A DNA stretch of 64,000 nucleotides from an uncultured Actinomycetota bacterium. Its GTDB lineage: Bacteria; Actinomycetota; Acidimicrobiia; Acidimicrobiales; Bog-793. This document shows, one piece after another, positions 59,586 through 64,000 of the stretch (positions within the stretch are counted from its first letter, which is position 1; every line of letters begins with the position of its first letter). The notes under the pieces were generated by a model. It had not been told where the DNA came from. It ran no database searches and was given only the letters and a program-made list of their open reading frames with translations. The stretch is from NCBI GenBank assembly GCA_963735115.1, contig CAVTJR010000003.1:1096641-1160640 (forward strand). Reading direction: 5' to 3'. Both the position numbers and the translations under genes were made by a program.

Positions 59586-62015
59586 TCAGTGGATCACGGT
59601 CACCTTCGTCGACACCTCGTCTGGAAAGAGCATGGGTTGCTGGTACCACCCGAGAACGTAGTGCGACAGCGTCCGGCGCCAGCTGCCTGCCAGGTGGAGC
59701 TGGAGCACCGCCGTGTCGTCGGACTGAAGGGCGATGTAGGCCCCGTAGACGTTGCGCCCACCTTCGAACTGGCTCGTCAGGTCAACCGGACGACCGTTCT
59801 CGCTCGCCGAGAGCAGCCTCCAGGGTGAGTAGATGGAGACCCACACGAGCGCCTCACCCGGCCGTGTGTCCGTCCCCTGAAACCCGTCGATGACCGTGGG
59901 TGGCTGCCCGGAGGAGGGTGCGGAATTCGTGAGTGTGAGCGTGAGGGTGGAAGTGATCGTCCGGCTCGGCAGGTTGAGCGTGGCGTCGTAGGCGATCTTT
60001 CGTCTCAGGTACCAGTCGATCTTGTTGCCTGCTCCGTTCTGGGTGACGACCCCGACGAAGTCGCCGGCGGGCGGTGGATACGGCCAGGAGGCGCCGGCGA
60101 TGCGCACGTCCTTGAAGAAGCTCTCGGTGGGCGCTGAGTCGCTGTACATCATCAGGTGGCCACCCTCGACGGCCGGGCGGAGGTCCTCGACCATCTGTGA
60201 CACGGGCGGGAGGGAACGGGAGACGAGATCGTCGAATACCTGTTTGAGGAGGCTCTCGACGAACTTGATGCGCACGGCGTCGTCCGGGAACTCCACGAAC
60301 TCGTCGTGCGCCAGGAACGGGACGACATTGTCTCGTGTCACCGGCTCGCCCAAGCCCGTCGCCCGTACTGGCCCGATCATCTCCAGCAGCCCGGCCAAGG
60401 CGACCGGGTCGACGCTGATCACCCCGTTGACGGCGACGCCACCGGACTGAGGAAACAGGTAGGAGGCCACCTCCCCCACCGTCTCGAAGTCCGGCGACAT
60501 CACGATGTTCTGCCAGTGACCCTGAGGAAAGTACGACTCGTATCGATCGATGAAGTCCGTCATGCTGCGGCGGTTGGCACTCGTGATGGCTGGCAGCTTT
60601 CGATCCACCGGTGGAACGCCGTCGTTGTTCAGTTGCTCGACTGAGCCCACCTTGACGAGGTGAAGGCGGCCGTCGTCGGCGCGCACTTCGGCGTAATCAC
60701 CGATCACTCCCCCACTCGCCCGGCTCTCTGCCGGATTCTCGACCAGCACTAGGTAGGTGCGTGGCCCGGTCGCCCCGAGGATGATGGGTACCTGCTGAGA
60801 ACCGAGGAGGGCGATCATGGCGTCCCGTTGTGCTCGTTGCAGCCTGGACCTCTCGACGGCGAGCTTGTGCTTGAGTGCTCCCAGCAGCCAAGGTGAGGAC
60901 CAGGACGAGGTCTCGGAGTTCACTCTGGCGAGAATGGCGAGGTCCTCCCGGAAGATCGGTTCGTAGGACTCGAGTTGGCGGACCGGGAAGGTTCCGCTGA
61001 CTACGGCCAGCTGCGAAACGCTGGCCGACGTGGCCGTCGTGAGGCCAGCTCGAGCGAGGGATCGCCCGACGGCGGCAGCCGACCGGATCGCCCGCACCTG
61101 CTGGGAGACGATCGGCACGACTTCGGAGGCACGCGCCCAGGCGAGATCGCCCGAGGCCGACTGGAAAGCGGTGTCGGCGCGTCGGAACTCGGCGATCGCC
61201 GCCGACTGGTCTCCATGTTCCGCCGCGCTCAGCCCGTTGCGTGCCGCCGTCAGGGCCGTTTGCAGGGGCGCGCGAGCCTGCAGGAGCGCCGCCGCCGCCA
61301 CCGCGGAGAGGAGCAAGGCGGCCAGCACGGCGAGGCCGGCAGCGATGATGGCCAAGCGTCTCTCGGCAGCGGGCGCTGCCACGGCGGCGGGAACGAGGAT
61401 CAGGAGCACGACGACTCCCGCCAGCAGCGATGTCATCAGGCTGACGTGAGGCCAGCTCGCCCGCACCGCCATTCCCGCCAGTGAGCCGGCTGCCGCCGAT
61501 CGCGCCGCCCACGACCATGGCCGAGGCCGAGCCGGCTGATCGGTCCGCCACCCCACGAGGGCGATCGCGAGAACCCCGACGGCGACGAGCGCCCCCGCCG
61601 AGCCGTAGCAGGCAGCGGCGGCGACGGCACCGGCAGCCGCCAGGAAGGGCCAAGGCGCCCTGCGGCCGGCAGCGACGCAGACGAGGGCCAGCAAGACCTT
61701 GAAGGCGGTGTCGAGCGGCGCGATACCCGTCGGAGCGCCCCGGGCGAGACCAGTCGCCACCGCGGCGGCGGCGGCGATCGACAGCGTGACGGCCAGCTCC
61801 GGAAAGGAGGCCGGAGAGCGTCCCGACGCATGCCGAGGCACGCCCGCGACGTGGGTCTCCGCAAGGGCGAGCGATGGCCGCGTCGGCGCCGAGGTGAGGT
61901 CGTCCTCGTCTGGCGGCATCCGATCCACGGCCGACATCATGGTCGTTGCCCGCTCGCTTCGCCGTCCGCCCCGCAGCTGCGGACACGGCGACTCGGCCCA
62001 GGCGGGAGTGGTCAA
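59586..62015 (-). CDS. DUF4012-like membrane protein (N-terminal multi-TM, large extracytoplasmic domain)
   Basis: About 8 TM segments then ..NPAESRASGGVIGDYAEVRADDGRLHLVKVGS.., a pattern I associate with DUF4012. Start is uncertain (62015 or 61940). Confidence 0.65.
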   Translation of the reverse strand: MTTPAWAESPCPQLRGGRRSERATTMMSAVDRMPPDEDDLTSAPTRPSLALAETHVAGVPRHASGRSPASFPELAVTLSIAAAAAVATGLARGAPTGIAPLDTAFKVLLALVCVAAGRRAPWPFLAAAGAVAAAACYGSAGALVAVGVLAIALVGWRTDQPARPRPWSWAARSAAAGSLAGMAVRASWPHVSLMTSLLAGVVVLLILVPAAVAAPAAERRLAIIAAGLAVLAALLLSAVAAAALLQARAPLQTALTAARNGLSAAEHGDQSAAIAEFRRADTAFQSASGDLAWARASEVVPIVSQQVRAIRSAAAVGRSLARAGLTTATSASVSQLAVVSGTFPVRQLESYEPIFREDLAILARVNSETSSWSSPWLLGALKHKLAVERSRLQRAQRDAMIALLGSQQVPIILGATGPRTYLVLVENPAESRASGGVIGDYAEVRADDGRLHLVKVGSVEQLNNDGVPPVDRKLPAITSANRRSMTDFIDRYESYFPQGHWQNIVMSPDFETVGEVASYLFPQSGGVAVNGVISVDPVALAGLLEMIGPVRATGLGEPVTRDNVVPFLAHDEFVEFPDDAVRIKFVESLLKQVFDDLVSRSLPPVSQMVEDLRPAVEGGHLMMYSDSAPTESFFKDVRIAGASWPYPPPAGDFVGVVTQNGAGNKIDWYLRRKIAYDATLNLPSRTITSTLTLTLTNSAPSSGQPPTVIDGFQGTDTRPGEALVWVSIYSPWRLLSASENGRPVDLTSQFEGGRNVYGAYIALQSDDTAVLQLHLAGSWRRTLSHYVLGWYQQPMLFPDEVSTKVTVIH

Positions 62016-62063
62016 TCGGGTATGCCTCCGGTAGCATTTCGCCTCCGTGCGACCCAGCTCCCG

Positions 62064-63611
62064 ATGACCGCGACGACCGGAGCGAGGACCCCTTGGGCGC
62101 CGGCGACGCCGGATCGGTCCCTCTCGCTACGAGGCCGGATTCTTCTCCTGCTGATGTTGAACGAGGTGGTGCTGATCGCGTTGTGGCGATACACCGCCCG
62201 GCCAGTGGCAGGCGCCTTCGTGGCAGCGACGGCGTTCTGGGGGCTGCTGGCGCTCTGCCCCAGCGCCGTCAACCAGCGTGTGATCTTCTCGGTGCGCAAT
62301 TACATGCTGTACGCCTTCTGGGGGACGATGGTCCTCGGACCGCCCGTCATGTTGTTCGAGTCCATCTACCCGCGTCTCTACCTTCTTTCCAGCGCGTCGT
62401 GGAACTGGATGGTGGACATCTGGCCCTACATGCTGCCTGCTGCCCTCCTATGGAGCCTTGCCTTCGCCGCGTACGTCATCTCGCAGCGTCCCCGCGTGAG
62501 CGCTCCCGCCACCGCGCCCAACCGCAGGCGCCGAGCCCGGCGCCGTGACGACTCCGGCGAGCGGCCAGCCAGTTGGATGCTCGTCACCGGGATCGTCCTC
62601 ATCGTGGCGGGCGCTGCCGGGATTCTGGCGGTCACCGGGTCGCTTCACGCCCTGCTGTCGGTTGCCGGCAAGGAGAGCAACACGAACGCTGTCTTCCAGA
62701 GCGACTCCGGTACGTACCGCTACACGATCTGGGTGGAGGGCGTTCCCGTCGGCGCCGCCCTCGTCTGGTACTACGTCACCCAGCGCCGACCGATGGGACG
62801 GTTGTCATCGGCCATTTGGCTCGGTGTCCTTTACCTGCCGCTCGTCCCGTTCTACCTCTACAACTCCGGTCGAGAGTCCACCCTCGGGCCCTTGCTAGTC
62901 CTGTTCGCCCTCTATCACCGCTATGTGCTGCCGTTTCGGGCTCGGTGGTTGCTCGTGGGTCTCCTGCTTGCCCTACCGGGTCTCGCCGCCTGGAAGAACT
63001 ACCGGGAAGCCCCCAGCAACGTCTCCATCACTCAGGTGGCCGTGTCACCGGCCAACGTCACTGACACGGTCGCCGGCGACATCTCTCGGTTCGACGTCAG
63101 CGTGGTGAGCCTTGCCGGCTTCGAAACGAACCACATGGGGTACTACCTGGGGACGACGCTCGTGGCGGCCGCCACCGAATGGCTCCCGCCCCCGCTCTCG
63201 AAGGTGTTCCCGGTGAACGGCACGATGGCTCAGGCCCAGACCTTCGTGGGGAACGCCTCCTGGAGGGGCAGTGCCAGCTACGCCACCTCCATGATGACCG
63301 AGAGCTTCCTCAACTTCGGCGTCCTCGGTGTGGCGGTGTTCTTCCTCCTCCTCGGACGATTGGTGCGATGGTTGGATCGTTTCTGTGAGTCCGGCAGCAT
63401 CCTCGCCTATGTCCTCGCCCTCGAGTTCGCCCTTCGGATCCCTTTCGGCATCACGATCAGTCAAGGTGTGAGCGACATCCTTGCCGGGGTCCTACTGCCC
63501 TTCCTCGTGGCGGTGATCGTTCGCGCCCTCCTCGGTGTCCGGCGGCACCGCCGCCTCGACGGTGCCGCCTCGCTCGCCGGCCGAGCGACACGAGGAGCGG
63601 CTGGCGTGTGA
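62064..63611 (+). CDS. polytopic membrane protein, O-antigen polymerase/ligase (Wzy)-like
   Basis: At least 10 TM segments with one larger loop. ATG 62064 chosen because the upstream part of the ORF overlaps the divergent gene. Family call is from context only. Confidence 0.5.
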   Translation: MTATTGARTPWAPATPDRSLSLRGRILLLLMLNEVVLIALWRYTARPVAGAFVAATAFWGLLALCPSAVNQRVIFSVRNYMLYAFWGTMVLGPPVMLFESIYPRLYLLSSASWNWMVDIWPYMLPAALLWSLAFAAYVISQRPRVSAPATAPNRRRRARRRDDSGERPASWMLVTGIVLIVAGAAGILAVTGSLHALLSVAGKESNTNAVFQSDSGTYRYTIWVEGVPVGAALVWYYVTQRRPMGRLSSAIWLGVLYLPLVPFYLYNSGRESTLGPLLVLFALYHRYVLPFRARWLLVGLLLALPGLAAWKNYREAPSNVSITQVAVSPANVTDTVAGDISRFDVSVVSLAGFETNHMGYYLGTTLVAAATEWLPPPLSKVFPVNGTMAQAQTFVGNASWRGSASYATSMMTESFLNFGVLGVAVFFLLLGRLVRWLDRFCESGSILAYVLALEFALRIPFGITISQGVSDILAGVLLPFLVAVIVRALLGVRRHRRLDGAASLAGRATRGAAGV

Positions 63612-63652
63612 CGGGGCGGGCGGGACCGTCACAGGGATCGCCGAAGGGCGAG

Positions 63653-64000
63653 ATGGCGTTCTTCGCGCCCGTCCGAATACGGGACGACGGTGAGCGGCCG
63701 GCGCTGGACTCCTTCAACTGGAAGCGGTTGCGCCTCTTCCTCGAGCCGTTCGCCAACGTGACCCTCTTGGCGGTTCGTGCCGGACCGGAAAGCGTCGCCT
63801 TCGTGGGGAGAGATGCATGGCCGTCGCTGCCGGACTGGGTCGGCGTCAGGCTCGAGCACGGCGACTTCCACCCGCGGGGGGCACCTCGGACGCTGCGGCG
63901 TGCCCTCCTCAGCGTCCCTGTGTGCCTGGCGGTCATGATCCGCGCCCGGCAGGTCGTTCGGGCGAGCGACGCCGTCGGAGTCGCCTGGTCGATCGACCCT
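63653..64000 (+). CDS. partial CDS running off the right edge (hypothetical, possibly glycosyltransferase)
   Basis: 116 codons open from ATG 63653 to the window end. High third-position GC. AAGGG upstream. Absent from the track because it has no stop. Confidence 0.4.
   Translation, partial: MAFFAPVRIRDDGERPALDSFNWKRLRLFLEPFANVTLLAVRAGPESVAFVGRDAWPSLPDWVGVRLEHGDFHPRGAPRTLRRALLSVPVCLAVMIRARQVVRASDAVGVAWSIDP

Noticed and set aside
1-64000. Search for mobile elements, prophage genes, rRNA/tRNA genes
   Set aside because: No integrase, transposase, recombinase, terminal inverted repeats or structural RNA signatures were recognised by eye. Absence should be confirmed with dedicated tools.

Overview
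High-GC actinobacterial-type chromosomal segment with about 60 genes. I saw no rRNA, tRNA, CRISPR array, integrase or transposase. Many long ORFs in the track are out-of-frame or antisense shadows typical of high-GC DNA, and I did not call them. Layout: (i) 28-10915 is a tightly packed carrier-protein locus. It holds two stand-alone carrier proteins, an NRPS-type adenylase, a class-II aaRS-like amino acid:carrier-protein ligase, an ATP-grasp ligase, a fused double alpha/beta-hydrolase with a Cys nucleophile elbow, an FAD/NAD(P)-binding oxidoreductase and a MetA/MetY pair. It has no condensation or thioesterase domain. This is my best candidate for an undescribed system, and it runs off the left edge. 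(ii) 10.9-19.5 kb encodes secreted enzymes: an S53 peptidase with a beta-propeller nested in its catalytic domain, a CocE/NonD hydrolase, and a 1087-aa propeller/Ig/lectin protein. (iii) 19.7-25.1 kb holds a GAF-GGDEF protein and a gamma-glutamylation amine-catabolism operon. (iv) 25.1-27.7 kb holds an orphan 394-aa protein and three unrelated tandem-repeat arrays (82, 18 and 15 bp) around a CDP-alcohol phosphatidyltransferase gene. (v) 27.7-39 kb holds a sugar nucleotidyltransferase/PMM-like fusion and the conserved gcvH-FHA-MerR-nuclease-MerR block, followed by gcvT-gcvPA-gcvPB. gcvT carries an apparent +1 frameshift and a duplicated start region. (vi) 39-52 kb is mixed housekeeping: DNA ligase, SDR, M48 peptidase, PAS-GGDEF, MOSC, PhyH, WS/DGAT, CapA, SGNH, ATL, PaiB and RidA. 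(vii) 52-64 kb is a cell-envelope glycan locus (DUF2142-like, DUF4012-like, Wzy-like). It is split by an accessory block containing an ERCC4-nuclease/Lsr2-DNA-binding fusion. All calls rest on motif recognition by eye and no database search was possible.
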